Assembly: GCA_034670305.1 (NCBI GenBank)
Contig: JAXMNT010000009.1
Location: 64,001 to 128,000, forward strand
DNA: 64,000 bases
Direction of reading: 5' to 3'
Source of the DNA: Deltaproteobacteria bacterium
GTDB lineage: Bacteria; Myxococcota_A; Polyangia; Polyangiales; Houyiibacteriaceae
Shown: piece after piece, positions 42,739 through 53,900 of the stretch
How the letters are laid out: each line of letters opens with the position of its first letter
Numbering within the stretch: position 1 is the stretch's first letter
The notes under the pieces: generated by a model
What the model saw: the letters and a program-made list of their open reading frames with translations, nothing else
Told to the model about the DNA's origin: nothing
The model's database searches: none
Translations under genes and position numbers: made by a program

Positions 42739-43779
42739 GTGCGTCGCGCCCCCAACCGCATGCCCATCGGGCTCCTGCCTGCGCTTGTGCTCGCCGTGCT
42801 CGGATCGGTGGCGTGGGCGACGGCTGGGGCGCAGCCCAACGCGGCGGAGCCAGAGGCGGAGACCAACCCTCCAACCGCGGAGCCGCACGAACCGGAGGCG
42901 CCGGCGCCGCCCTACGGCCCGCCGGTCCGAGAGCGCACCAAGAGCCGGTCGATCGCGCGCACGAACCGCGGGTGGCTCCGCAACGGCGTGCAGATCGAGT
43001 CCAGCGACACGATCCGCGTGCGCCATCCCGGCAATGCGTACGGGACCCAGGAGATGGTGGATCTGCTCGAGTGGGCTGCGGCGGAAGTCGAGCGCCAACA
43101 TCCTGGTTCGGTGCTCAACGTGGGCGACCTCTCCCGGCGGCGGGGCGGGCGGATTCGACCCCACCGGTCGCATCGCGCGGGCCGCGACGCCGACTTGGGT
43201 TTCTACCTGCTCGACAACGATGGCCAGCCGGCGGTGCCACGGCACTTCGTGCCGCTCCAGCGCTCCGGCAAGGGCGGCGACCGAGACGGCGCGTACTTTT
43301 TCGACGACGCGCGCAACTGGTCGTTCGTGGCGGCGCTCATGGGTCAGGACGTCGTGCCCGTGCAGTACATGATGGTCATCTCGCCCCTCAAGGAGCGCTT
43401 GCTCGCCGAAGGAGCTCGGCGGGGCGCGAGCGAGGCGCTCTTGCAACGGGTCCGTGAAGCGGTCGGACCACGGCACACCGGCCGCGGCCGGCGCGCGCGG
43501 TACGGCACCCACAACTCGCACTTCCACATCCGGATCTACTGCGCGGCCGACGACCTCCCACGCTGCGTCGACTCCGCCCCGTTCTGGGACTGGTTCGTCC
43601 GGCCGACCCCGCCGCGCGCCTCCTCGATGCGTTCTTCGATGCGTTCTTCGATGCGTTCTTCGATGCGTTCTTCGATGCGTTCTTCGATGCGTTCTTCGAT
43701 GCGGGTCTCGATGCGTTCTTCGATGCGGCGTTCGTCGATGTCGTCGATGTCGACGCGGCGCCGCTCAACTTCGATGTGA
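42739..43779 (+). CDS. Penicillin-insensitive murein endopeptidase (MepA-like) with an SSMR-repeat tail
   Basis: YGT, VGDLS..GG, HRSHRAGRDAD, HNSHFHIRI; signal peptide; alternative ATG at 42760. Confidence 0.85.
   Translation: MRRAPNRMPIGLLPALVLAVLGSVAWATAGAQPNAAEPEAETNPPTAEPHEPEAPAPPYGPPVRERTKSRSIARTNRGWLRNGVQIESSDTIRVRHPGNAYGTQEMVDLLEWAAAEVERQHPGSVLNVGDLSRRRGGRIRPHRSHRAGRDADLGFYLLDNDGQPAVPRHFVPLQRSGKGGDRDGAYFFDDARNWSFVAALMGQDVVPVQYMMVISPLKERLLAEGARRGASEALLQRVREAVGPRHTGRGRRARYGTHNSHFHIRIYCAADDLPRCVDSAPFWDWFVRPTPPRASSMRSSMRSSMRSSMRSSMRSSMRSSMRVSMRSSMRRSSMSSMSTRRRSTSM
43621..43728 (+). repeat. 12-bp coding tandem repeat TCTTCGATGCGT (SSMR), about 9 units
   Basis: Read directly. Confidence 0.95.
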
Positions 43780-45990
43780 GAGCGCTTCGAGTTTGGCCAT
43801 CTCGGCGTAGGTCGTGGCCCAGAACACGGTCTCGTGAAGCGCATCGCACCGCTCGTCGGCATAGCCTGCCGTCAGCAGCGCACGGATGCGTGCCGCTCCA
43901 TGGTCGAGTGCCAGCACGTCCAGGCTGATCGACGCCTGGGTCAGTTGCGCCCTTCGAAATGGGACGGTGTGGCCGACCCCCGACACAGCCCAACCTTCGA
44001 GCGTATCGAGCAACGCCTCGACTACCAGAAGATCGCCCCGCACGGCGCGTCGCGGAGCGCCGGGGTCGTGCTCCGTGGCGGAGCGCTCTTGCGGGTAGGA
44101 ACCGCGGTGCTGGCTCGGGGAACCGCGGTGCTGGCTCGGGGAACCGCGGTGCTGGCTCGGGGAACCGCAGTGCTGGCCTTCCAACGGGTCGAAGCCGAGG
44201 TGCACTGGCGGGAACTCTTGTCCCGACCAGCGCCACGAGAGCGGATCGGCGACGAAGCCTGCCGGGGTCGGCCGAAGCCGCGCGACCAACTGGTCCGGCA
44301 GGATCTCGAGCAGCGGCCAGGACTCGAGCGCCTGGATCCGGTGGGCGTCGGTCGGCCGATGGGGGAGCGAGACGCGCACCCGCACACCGTCCTGCAGCTG
44401 GAGCTGGAACTCGAGGCGCTGCGCGACCTCGTCGAAGCGCGGTTCGGGTACGAAGTCCGGATCCAGTACGAGCACACACAACACGTCTCGGTCTTCGCCA
44501 CGACGCAGCAGGGGCGGCAGCTGGGACGACCACCGATCGAGCAGGCCGCGCTGGGAGTCCACCACCAGGTGGGGCGCGATGGCTTCGATCCGAAGGTCCG
44601 CTTCGGCGCGCTGAACCGTCGTCGAACCCCCCGCGCTCAAGACGCCGTCGGCACCGATGCGGGGCCCGAGCAGCACGAACGGAGATTCGGCGAGCTGCTG
44701 CATCGGACGGTCCCCGAAGACGCGGACCGAGCGGTAGAGCACGTCGAGCGTGACGTCTCCGCGGCGGCCGACGGAAACCGAGAAACTGCGGCCCGTGTCG
44801 CGTTGCAAAACATGAAGACGCACTACGCCGCCGCCAGGGCCGAGCGATCCCTCGACCGAGAGCGGCACCAGAGACAGCCGCTTGCCGAGCGCACGGCTGC
44901 GGCGGCCTTCGCCCGTGAGCTTGCGTCGCTGTGCTGCGCGCAATCCCTTGCTCCGCACAGCTGTTCCCGAAGCCTGCACCGCGGTTCCCTTGCTCCGCAC
45001 GGCGGTTCCCGAAGCCTGCACTGCGGTTCCCGAGGCCAACACTGCGGTTCCCGAGGCCAACACTGCGGTTCCCGAAGCCTGCACTGCGGTTCCCGAGGCC
45101 AACACCGCTCGCTTCGAGGGCGCCAGTGACGCGGTCAGCGCCCGGGTACGGATCGCCAGCCGGGAGAGTACCCACAACCAGGCACGGCCATCGAAGCGGG
45201 CGCTGCGCTCATGGTACGCACGCAGGAGCTGGGCGAGTTCCCGTAGATCGCGTGCGGCTTCGGGCTGCCCGACCATGTCCTGCGCGGTCGCGTCGAACAT
45301 CTCACCGGCCTCTGCCGGCAGACCGTCGAGTCCCGCCGCGGTTGCGCGCAACACGAGCGAGCGCAGACGACCGAGCTCCTCCCGTGGGTCGGGGCCGTCG
45401 GGCAGCGGTGGCAATGGGTGGAACGCCAGCGCGCCCATGACCCGGTGGCTGCAGACGCCTGGTTCGCGGCAGGAGCACACCGCGCCTTCCAGCCCGCCGT
45501 TCGGGACGAACCGGACCCGGATGCCGAGCTCAGGGAACGTGACGGCGGAATCGGACTCCAGCTCCACGTCGATTCCGTCGTGCAGTAGTTTGAGCGCGGC
45601 CAGGTAGCCTGCGGCCGCTTGGATCGTCTCGAGCGAAGGGACGGTTGCCCCCACTTCCACCGCACCGGCGTCTCGTGCACCGACAACGTGCGCGGGACCA
45701 ACGTCCACCGCCCCGACTTCGTCGAGGGTCTGATACGCGAGCACGGTACGGACCCGGTGCAGGCAGAACCGCCGCGCCGGGCACGTGCACGAAGAAGTCT
45801 GCAGGCCGCCCGGCGGGAAGGTACACACGACACCGTCGCTCCACACCGCAACGATGGTCTGGTCCTCCGACCGCCAAACGACCTCGAGTGCGCCGGCCTC
45901 CAGTTCGCGCTTCGCCCGCTTGAGGGCGAGCCGGTTGGCCACGCCAGCCAAGTCGTCTTCACTGAGTATGGTGAGGTCGGCGCGCTTCAT
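43765..45990 (-). CDS. SWIM zinc-finger protein (YehQ-like) with two SWIM motifs
   Basis: CTCPARRFCLHRVR and CSCREPGVCSHR; N-terminus DDLAGVANRLALKRA. Confidence 0.8.
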   Translation of the reverse strand: MKRADLTILSEDDLAGVANRLALKRAKRELEAGALEVVWRSEDQTIVAVWSDGVVCTFPPGGLQTSSCTCPARRFCLHRVRTVLAYQTLDEVGAVDVGPAHVVGARDAGAVEVGATVPSLETIQAAAGYLAALKLLHDGIDVELESDSAVTFPELGIRVRFVPNGGLEGAVCSCREPGVCSHRVMGALAFHPLPPLPDGPDPREELGRLRSLVLRATAAGLDGLPAEAGEMFDATAQDMVGQPEAARDLRELAQLLRAYHERSARFDGRAWLWVLSRLAIRTRALTASLAPSKRAVLASGTAVQASGTAVLASGTAVLASGTAVQASGTAVRSKGTAVQASGTAVRSKGLRAAQRRKLTGEGRRSRALGKRLSLVPLSVEGSLGPGGGVVRLHVLQRDTGRSFSVSVGRRGDVTLDVLYRSVRVFGDRPMQQLAESPFVLLGPRIGADGVLSAGGSTTVQRAEADLRIEAIAPHLVVDSQRGLLDRWSSQLPPLLRRGEDRDVLCVLVLDPDFVPEPRFDEVAQRLEFQLQLQDGVRVRVSLPHRPTDAHRIQALESWPLLEILPDQLVARLRPTPAGFVADPLSWRWSGQEFPPVHLGFDPLEGQHCGSPSQHRGSPSQHRGSPSQHRGSYPQERSATEHDPGAPRRAVRGDLLVVEALLDTLEGWAVSGVGHTVPFRRAQLTQASISLDVLALDHGAARIRALLTAGYADERCDALHETVFWATTYAEMAKLEALSHRS
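44098..44178 (+). repeat. 21-bp tandem repeat GGAACCGCGGTGCTGGCTCGG, about 4 units
   Basis: In frame within the SWIM gene; encodes QHRGSPS. Confidence 0.95.
44944..45108 (+). repeat. 21-bp tandem repeat CACTGCGGTTCCCGARGCCWR, about 8 units
   Basis: In frame within the SWIM gene; encodes ASGTAVL/Q. Confidence 0.9.
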
Positions 45991-48900
45991 CGAACCACCT
46001 CGGCCACGTAGCGGACGAGCGCCTCGGGGGTCAGCGCCGCCACGTGGGCCCCGAGCCCGGTGAGTCGGCGGGCCGTGGCGCGGTCGTAGATCGGCTGGCC
46101 GCTGCGGTCGTCGAGCGAAGCGAGCACGAGCACCTTCACTCCGTCTTCGAGCAGCCCCGCGAGTCGACCAACCATCGGCGCGGGATCGCCGCCCTCGACC
46201 AGGTCCGAGATGAGCACGATCAAGGTACGCCGCGGTTCTTCGACCAGCGCCGCGCAATGCTGGATCGCCCGAGCGATGTCGGTGCCGCCACCGAGCTGCA
46301 CGCTCATCAGGGTCTCGACCGGGTCGTGGAGCGCGCCACTGAGATCCACCACCGATGTATCGAACGCGAGCAGGCGCGGATCGAGCCGGGGGATCTTGGT
46401 GAACACCGAGGCCACGATCGAGGCATGCACGACGCTGTCGAGCATCGATCCGGACTGGTCGACGCACACGATCACACGCCACCGGCGCGGATCTTCGGGT
46501 ACTGCGAACCATGGCTGTTCGACCACGATGCGCCGTCGTTTCGGATCGTAGTGCTTGAGGTTGCGGGCGAGGGTGCGACGGGCGTCGAAGTCGCGGTGGC
46601 GTCCCCGTGGCTTCGCCAGCCTCACGCCATGCGAAGCGCTGAAGACCCGGTCGGCTTCAAGCCGCAGCCGCTTCTGGAGATCCTCGGCGACCGTTCGAAC
46701 CAGCTTGCGCGCGACGTCGATCACGCGGCCTTGCATCCTGCCTTTGAGCCGGAGCACCGCGTCGAGCAGCCGCACCGAGGGCTCGAGACGTTCGAGCACC
46801 TCCGGGTTGGTGACGATCTCGGTCATCCCGTACTTGTCGAGGGCCGCGCGCTCGACCCGCTCGCACACCCGCGCGGGGAACAGGGTGTGGAGCTCGTCGA
46901 TCCACCGCGGCACGGTGAGCTGGGAGCCGCCGGGCCCGCCGCTCCGAACGCCACGTGAACCTTCTCGGTAGGCACGGTCGTAGAGAAACGCGAGCACCTC
47001 GTCGAGGCGCCGGGCGGTGGCGGGCTCGTCGTAGAGTCGTCGTGCTTCTTGGCCAGCGGGACCGGCAGCGACGCCGCCTTCGCCTCCGTCTGCGAAACCG
47101 AGACCGGCACCGCGACCCGAACCGGCCTCCTGCCCCCGCGCATCGCCGTCGGCGCCCGTCGGGGCGAGCGCGGTGAGCGGGAGGGCGTCTTCGGCGAAGC
47201 GGCCGAGGATCAAGCGCCACCGCAAGAGGGTCTCGGTGTCATGGGTGGATGCGGTCGCAGGGGAGGTAGGTTGGAGGTCGAGATCGGACGCCGAGGGTGG
47301 AGGCGACCACGACCCCCACTGTGCGAGTACGTCTTCGACCCGCGCGCTCAAGGCTGCATGCCCACCGTCTGAAATCGGGTGTTCGGATCGCACGCCGTTC
47401 CCGAACCGCCGGGCGACCTCTGCGGCGAGGCGCGCGGTCTCCCAGGGCGTGAGCGCGGCGTGCGACCGGCGCAGGCCGGGGAGGGCAGCCAGGAAGAGTC
47501 GCGCATCGAGCGAGCGCAGTGCGATCGAGAGGTCGTGCACCAGCGTCGGGTGGTCTTGGTAGGTGCGACGGGTGAATGCGAACAGGCCATCGAACGCGCG
47601 GCCTGCCGCGTCGGGTCGCGCGTCGGCTTCGAGCAGGTGGGCACGCACCGCATCGAGCACCGACTCCAGCGGGCGAACCCCGCGGTTCCACAAGAGCGCC
47701 TGTGTGCCGACGTGCGCGCCAGGTGCATCCCCGAAGTCGTGCACGAGTTGGTCGAGCCGATCGTAGAGCGTCTGCGCGGACCCGCGTTTCGAAGAGGGAA
47801 CACCCGACGCGTCGGATTCGAGCGACACGTGCTCCAAAGTGTGCAGACCCCGGAGCGCTTCCTCTTCGTTGGATTCGTCGAGCCGACCCAGGTCGGGCAG
47901 GAGCATCACTGCCCGCGTCCACGCCCGCGTCACGCACTCGGCGAGCGGTGCTGGCCGCAGGGCGGCCGGCTCCGAGTTCGGTGCGTCTTCCGAACTTGGC
48001 GGCTCCGTGCCTTTGCCGAACCGGTAGCCGTCGCGGTACCGGTGCAACAGCCACAGCAGGTGCAGCGCCGCGAGCACTTCGGTGAACCGAGGCTCGGAGT
48101 CGATCGCACGGTGGAGCCGGTCCAGCATGCTGGGCAGCTCGTCCCGAAGCCCGAGCGCGCACGCCTCGACGATGCGCTGGGCCGCGCGGCCGGCACCGGG
48201 TGGGTCGGCCGCGATGCGTTCCCGAAGTGCTTGCAAGGTCGCGGTCTGCAGCGTCGGGCCGAGCGAGCTGCGCTCCACGAGGGTGCGTTCGGTCTCCTCG
48301 GTCCAGACCACCTTCCAGCGCTGCTCGACCCGCTCGAGTTCTTCGCCGATCAGATAGCGGGGCCCGGATTCCTGAACGGCGAGCGGGACGTCCAGGTAGC
48401 ACAGCTGGGTCAAGAGCTCGGCTTTGACGCGATCGCGCGCAAGCCGCATCGGACGCAGCCGCAGCACCTTCTCGTCCCCGAGGGCCGTTGGACACGACGC
48501 GGCCTCGAGCCGGCGCCGCACGTCTTGAACGAGGGCAGGCTCCAACGTGCGTGGCGGCCGACCGACGCGTTGGCCGACGAACGCGGCATCCACCAGTCCG
48601 ACTGGGTCGTGTTCCTCCAGCGAACCTTTGGCCCACGTGGTGCGTACCGCATCGCGCAGGTCGGCGCGCACCGGGGCGGCGTGGCCACGGAAGTGCGCGA
48701 GCCGCACGGCGAACTCCGCGGCTTCGATCAGGTCCGAGGTACCGATGGGAATCGGGTGTGCGCGTTCCATCGCGGCCACGGGCGCCCGTGTCCCATCGGC
48801 CGCGAACGAGAGCAGCTCCATCCACGACCGCCCCGCATGCACGGCCGCGTGGTATGCGGGGGCAGGGTCGGCGGCGCCCCAATGGCCGCCGAGCTCCGCG

Positions 48901-49697
48901 AGCTGAGCGTTCGAGTACGCGGTCAGGTGCAGACCACGCTGGCCGGCCGGTGGCTTCTTGAACCGCGGCTTCGCTCGCTTCTCGCGCAGTGCGTGCCGGA
49001 TGCCATCCACGTGCGCGAGCCCACAGACGAGCACCACCCGCTCCGGCATCTCGACGCTCGGATCGGTGGCCTTCTTCCGTGTCCGGCGAAGCGCGGCGGC
49101 CATCCAGGCCTCCCGATCCTGCCACGCGGGTGGACCCTGCTTGGCGGAGCCACCGACCCATCGGCGCAGCCCCGCGCCGAGCGCCGCGCACCGCCCAAAG
49201 AACGTCTGCCACGACTCTTCCCGTTCGGCTTCGAGGCCAACGTCGAGCAGTTCTCCGAGGTCGCGTGCTCGGGCCTGCGAGAGGGCGCCCCGCAGCACAC
49301 CCGAGTCCAGGCTCGACCGATCGGGACCACGGAGCACCCGAACATAGGACGGCAGATCGGCGAACCGCATGGTGGCGCCCGCCCGCCGCGCCCACCGCAG
49401 GGCAGCCAGCTCGGGGGAGTGGTCGGCGAAGGGGTACCAGCCGGTGAAGCGGGTGAACACGCGGCGGGTCCCACCTACCCGAACGAACGCGTGGAGTGCG
49501 ACGGGCGCTTCGAGCGAGGGATCGGTGAGTGCGTCGAACCCATCGAAGTCGGAGGGCCCCTCGACCAACACCGTCGAGGGTGCGATCGAGTCCAACGCGT
49601 CGACCAAATGCAGCGCGCACCGCGGAGAGAAGTGGCGGATGGGCAGCACGAACCGGCCCGGCGCCACTTCGAGGTTCTCGGTCGCTGTGGCGGTCAA
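45987..49697 (-). CDS. DUF5682 (YehM-like) fused to a vWA domain (YehP-like)
   Basis: IRHFSP, VLVEGP, YPFADHSPELAALRW, DREAWM, CGLAH; then RWRLILG and MIDAS VDQSGSM, QLGGGTDI, ISDLVEG. TTG start. Confidence 0.85.
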   Translation of the reverse strand: MTATATENLEVAPGRFVLPIRHFSPRCALHLVDALDSIAPSTVLVEGPSDFDGFDALTDPSLEAPVALHAFVRVGGTRRVFTRFTGWYPFADHSPELAALRWARRAGATMRFADLPSYVRVLRGPDRSSLDSGVLRGALSQARARDLGELLDVGLEAEREESWQTFFGRCAALGAGLRRWVGGSAKQGPPAWQDREAWMAAALRRTRKKATDPSVEMPERVVLVCGLAHVDGIRHALREKRAKPRFKKPPAGQRGLHLTAYSNAQLAELGGHWGAADPAPAYHAAVHAGRSWMELLSFAADGTRAPVAAMERAHPIPIGTSDLIEAAEFAVRLAHFRGHAAPVRADLRDAVRTTWAKGSLEEHDPVGLVDAAFVGQRVGRPPRTLEPALVQDVRRRLEAASCPTALGDEKVLRLRPMRLARDRVKAELLTQLCYLDVPLAVQESGPRYLIGEELERVEQRWKVVWTEETERTLVERSSLGPTLQTATLQALRERIAADPPGAGRAAQRIVEACALGLRDELPSMLDRLHRAIDSEPRFTEVLAALHLLWLLHRYRDGYRFGKGTEPPSSEDAPNSEPAALRPAPLAECVTRAWTRAVMLLPDLGRLDESNEEEALRGLHTLEHVSLESDASGVPSSKRGSAQTLYDRLDQLVHDFGDAPGAHVGTQALLWNRGVRPLESVLDAVRAHLLEADARPDAAGRAFDGLFAFTRRTYQDHPTLVHDLSIALRSLDARLFLAALPGLRRSHAALTPWETARLAAEVARRFGNGVRSEHPISDGGHAALSARVEDVLAQWGSWSPPPSASDLDLQPTSPATASTHDTETLLRWRLILGRFAEDALPLTALAPTGADGDARGQEAGSGRGAGLGFADGGEGGVAAGPAGQEARRLYDEPATARRLDEVLAFLYDRAYREGSRGVRSGGPGGSQLTVPRWIDELHTLFPARVCERVERAALDKYGMTEIVTNPEVLERLEPSVRLLDAVLRLKGRMQGRVIDVARKLVRTVAEDLQKRLRLEADRVFSASHGVRLAKPRGRHRDFDARRTLARNLKHYDPKRRRIVVEQPWFAVPEDPRRWRVIVCVDQSGSMLDSVVHASIVASVFTKIPRLDPRLLAFDTSVVDLSGALHDPVETLMSVQLGGGTDIARAIQHCAALVEEPRRTLIVLISDLVEGGDPAPMVGRLAGLLEDGVKVLVLASLDDRSGQPIYDRATARRLTGLGAHVAALTPEALVRYVAEVVR

Positions 49698-49707
49698 CGC
49701 GCGGGCC

Positions 49708-50856
49708 TCAAAGGTGTTTGCGCGCGACGAAGAACGCCCGCCACAGCTCGCTCTCATCGGCCCGGCGCCGCACGATGCGAGAGAAGTAGTCGCGCAGCCG
49801 CTCGAGGTCTTCCGGGTCGTCTTTGAGCGCGGTGCCGACCATGTGCCGTGCCAGATCCGCCGGCGTGACGACGGAGTCGCCGTAGTAGTAGGCATGCAGT
49901 GACGCGCTGGTGCCGACCGCGATCGCTTCGGCGGTGGACAGCGCGCTCGAGGGTCGGTCGATGCGGTCGCCTTCGTCCGCTTCGCCAGCGCGCAACTCCT
50001 GGAACGCCGTCACGAGCAGCTCGATCACGGCCTCGTCGATGCGCACTTCGAGTCCGTCGTCGGCGAGCCGTCGCGTCACCTCGCGGCGCACCAGTTCGAT
50101 CTCGAGCGCTCTGTCCGAGAGGGGGTACACAGTCTCGAAGTTGAACCGGCGTTTGAGCGCCGCGCTCATGTCGTTGACCCCGCGGTCGCGGGTGTTCGCG
50201 GTGCCGATGACGTTGAACCCCGGCGCGGACTGCAGCACCCGATCAAGCTCCGGCACCTGAAGGATCCGGTCGGAGAGCGGCGAGACCAACACGTCTTGCA
50301 CCTCTGCTGGGCACCGGGTGATCTCTTCGAACCGAAGCAGCCGGCCCCGTTGCATCGCGCTGTAGAGGGCACCCGGTACCAGCGCTTCATCGCACGGTCC
50401 ACGGTCGAGCAAGAGCGCGTAGTTCCACCCGTACTTGATCTGATCTTCGGTCGTGCCAGCGGACCCCTGGATGGTCAGCGTGGAGGCGCCGCCGATGGCC
50501 GCGCTCAAGAGCTCGGACAACATCGTCTTCGCAGTGCCGGGTTCACCGACCAGCATCAGCCCGCGCGAGGTCGTGAGTGTGATGATTGCGCGTTCGACCA
50601 AGGAGTCGTCCCCGAAGAACTTCCGCTCGACCGAGACCTCACCGTCGGAACCCTCCAGCGCGCCACACCCGACGACGAAGTCGAGCACCGCGCGGGGCGA
50701 GAGCAACCAGCCGGTGGGACGGCGTGCGCCCTCGTCCCGCTTCGCCAATGCGGCGAGCTCCCGAGCGTACCGGGCCTCGGCCAGTTCGCGCTGAACGCCC
50801 GGCACACCCGAGTCCGCTTCGGGTGTCGCTTCGGGCTTCTTCTTCCGCTTCGTCAT
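49708..50856 (-). CDS. MoxR-like AAA+ ATPase (YehL-like)
   Basis: GEPGTAKT, IQGSAGTTEDQIKYGWNYA, RFEEITRC, TANTRDRGVNDMSAALKRRFNF. Confidence 0.92.
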   Translation of the reverse strand: MTKRKKKPEATPEADSGVPGVQRELAEARYARELAALAKRDEGARRPTGWLLSPRAVLDFVVGCGALEGSDGEVSVERKFFGDDSLVERAIITLTTSRGLMLVGEPGTAKTMLSELLSAAIGGASTLTIQGSAGTTEDQIKYGWNYALLLDRGPCDEALVPGALYSAMQRGRLLRFEEITRCPAEVQDVLVSPLSDRILQVPELDRVLQSAPGFNVIGTANTRDRGVNDMSAALKRRFNFETVYPLSDRALEIELVRREVTRRLADDGLEVRIDEAVIELLVTAFQELRAGEADEGDRIDRPSSALSTAEAIAVGTSASLHAYYYGDSVVTPADLARHMVGTALKDDPEDLERLRDYFSRIVRRRADESELWRAFFVARKHL

Positions 50857-50942
50857 TCCGGTCTCGATGGTGTTCGCATGGCTGCCGACTCAAGCGTGAG
50901 CATACACGGCACCCGATGCAGCTCGGCCAGCTCCAGCGGAGC

Positions 50943-53900
50943 TCATGCGTCGAAGGGCGAGGGCAGTTCGCTCTTCTTCAGCCCCGTGTTCTGCTGGAGC
51001 TGCACGATGAAATCATCCAGGTCGAGGCCGGCCGCTTCGACCCACTCGACCGCACATGCGGCGTGCATGTAGCCGGGGCCTTTGCCAGTAAATCGGGGCG
51101 TCTCGATCATGCGCTCGATGATGATGCGGACATCGGCCTTCTCGATCTTCTTGTCGCAGTGCATGCACTTGGCGCGGCTCGTCGGGGCGTTGTCGGCGCC
51201 GGGGAAACCGTTCCCCATCTGGGTGAGCGCCCGCTGCTTGTTGCCTGACGAGTCGGTCTTGACCGCGGTCGCTTTGGCCTCCGGCGTGGTCGGGGTGGGT
51301 TGCGACTTTCCGAAGAGGCGCTGCACCGCCAGCTGGACCTCGCTGAACGCGATCGGATCGACCTTCTTCGCGTCCAGGTACTGGCCGGTGAGGGTGGAGA
51401 ACCCGACGCTGTCGATCTTCACGTCTTCGAGCCAGGAGTTGTCGCCGCCTGCGTAGTAGCCGCTGTGGTGCAACTCCACCTTCACGCCACGCGCCGGCAT
51501 CTTGATCCAGTCCGTGTAGACCATGCCGGCGTCCTCCGCATAACCCCGGTTCCATCCCGCGTCCCGCACGCGGCCAAGGAACGTACCTGGCTTCATCGCG
51601 GTCTTCGGCACGTCGATTTCGCCGGTGTGCGGGAAGGTTGGCCGGTGGATCTGTTCGAAGGGCTGCGCGATCTCCGCGTCTTCGAGATGCGTCCGCCACT
51701 TCGGGAGGTCCTGCTCGGAGAGCTCGAGCGGATGCACGATCCGAACGACGGCGTCTGCCCCGAGCGTGAAGTCCTCACCGTCGGCGTCGATCTGCGTGCG
51801 CTCTTCCGACACCCGGAACGACTCACCCTCCGCCGTCGCGAACACGAGTCCGGTGGCCACCGTGCCCATCAATGGGTGCGCCACGAACACCGCGTCGAAC
51901 CGGCTGCGGCTCCAGGTCCGGCCGGCTACCATGCCCGCTTCGAAGCGGCGGATGACGCTGCCGAGGGTTCGTTTCACGCTGCCCTGCAGCTGTTTGAACA
52001 GGGCCTTGGCCTGGGTCACGGCGGCCGAGTCGTCGTCCTTCTTCGGTTTGGGCATGGACTTGGTCGCCTTGCCCGTCTCGTCGACCGCGCTGAGGCCACC
52101 GTCGGCGCCCATCCGGATGGTGATGTCCCGCTTGCCGTAGCTGACTTTGCGTTCGCCACGCGCGTCGAAGTCCAGGGTCGGCACCCGGCGTTCGGCTTGG
52201 TCGGCCGCGACGAACGGATCGAGCGAACCGCGGAACGTCTTCTCGTCCACCCCGGCCGCCGCGGCGAGTTCCCCGACCGCTGCGATCGCCTTCTTCTGGA
52301 GCCCGCCCGTCATCGCATGGTCGGCCCAGTGTCCGACCCAGTCGCGGCCCGCTTGGCTGCCGTGCCGCGCAAACACCTCGAGCACCCAACCTGCGTACGC
52401 GTGTTTGCCTGCGCTCGAGAGTCCATCGAGGCGCGGCGCCACGCTGTGGATCCAAGCGTCGTCCGCGAAGATCGCTTGCGCGTAGAGCGCCCACTTGTCG
52501 GAAGACTTGCCCTTGCCAGCGGTCTGCCACTGCTGGAAGAGGGCAGCGCCGAACGTCGCCGCGGCTTCTGGATCCAAATCCGGACGCAGCGACCAGACGA
52601 GCGGATCCATGCGTTCGTGTTCCTTCTTCAGCCGGCCGATCATCGCACCCACCGCAGCCTCGTCGAGAGCGTCGCCCGAACGCAGCTTCAACGCCGGCAA
52701 CGCGGCTGCGTCCACCCACTTCGGCAGCCGCGCCTTCTTGCCGCCGGTCAGCTCCGTGTTCCACGCCGCGGCGTCCGTGCCAGATGCCTTGGCGTCCGTC
52801 CCCGGCTTGCTGCTCTTGGGCGATGTCTTGTCGGGCGATGTCTTGGACGGCATCGCCTTCGTATCGGCCTTCGAACCGCACGCGCGGATCGCGTCTTCGA
52901 TCGCCACCGAAGCGTCCTCGGACTTCTCCTTCTTGAGCGCGGCTTCGAGCGCCTTGTGCGCCTTCGGACTCGCGATGGCCTCGAGCACCTTGGCGGCCGA
53001 GGTCCGGGCATCCTTCTTCTTGGACTTCAACAGCGGCAGAAGGTCATCGACCAGGGACTCGTCGCCCTTCGAGAGTGCGGCGACGCACGTCTCGCGGATG
53101 CCCTTGGAGCTCTCCTTCAGGCCAGCCACGAGGGCCTTCTTCGCGACGCCAGGGTTGTGGGCTGCGACTTCGTACAGGGGGGCCGCGAGCGCTGGCTTGC
53201 GCGTGGACAGCACGTAGTTGGCGGCTTCGGCGGCCCAGGCGCCGAACCGCTTCGGCGTGTCGCGAACGACCTCGCGCACGAGGTACACCGACAGTTTCGG
53301 CAGCTGCGCGATCGCGTCGAGGACCACGTAGGCGGTCTCGCGCTTCTGCGCGTCGGTCCCGCCTTTGCCGCCCCGGTAGCCCGTGAACACGTCGGCCGCG
53401 CCAAAGAGGCGCGAGGTCGCTTTCCACGAACTCGCTTTGTAGGTCTCGACGAACCACGCCGCGATCGGGACGAGCACGAGGGTCCCGTACTCTTCGGCGA
53501 GCGTGGCCGCGTGCTGGCCGTACGAGTGGTCGTTGTCGGGCAGCGTCGTGATCTTCTTCTTGTCCTTCGCGTCCAGTTTCTCGTACGCAGCCGCGAGGGT
53601 GGTCAACGGTGAGTCGCCTGCCGCGTCCGCCGCTTCGAACCGAGCCAACGCCGCTTCGCAGCCGACGCGGATCGACTTCTTCTTGGCTTTGGCGCCAGCC
53701 TCCAGCGCCGGTTTGGCGACCGCGTCGAGCTTGTCGAGGGACACCAGCGCGGCTTCGCGCACCACCTTGCTCGAGTGCCCGAGCAACGCCACGAGCAGCT
53801 CGGCAGAAGCCGGATCGGCGATGCGTCCGAGCGCGTGGGCGATGGGCGCTGCAAGTTTCGCAGACGTCTTCCCTTGGAGCGCCGCTTCCATGTGCGGGAG

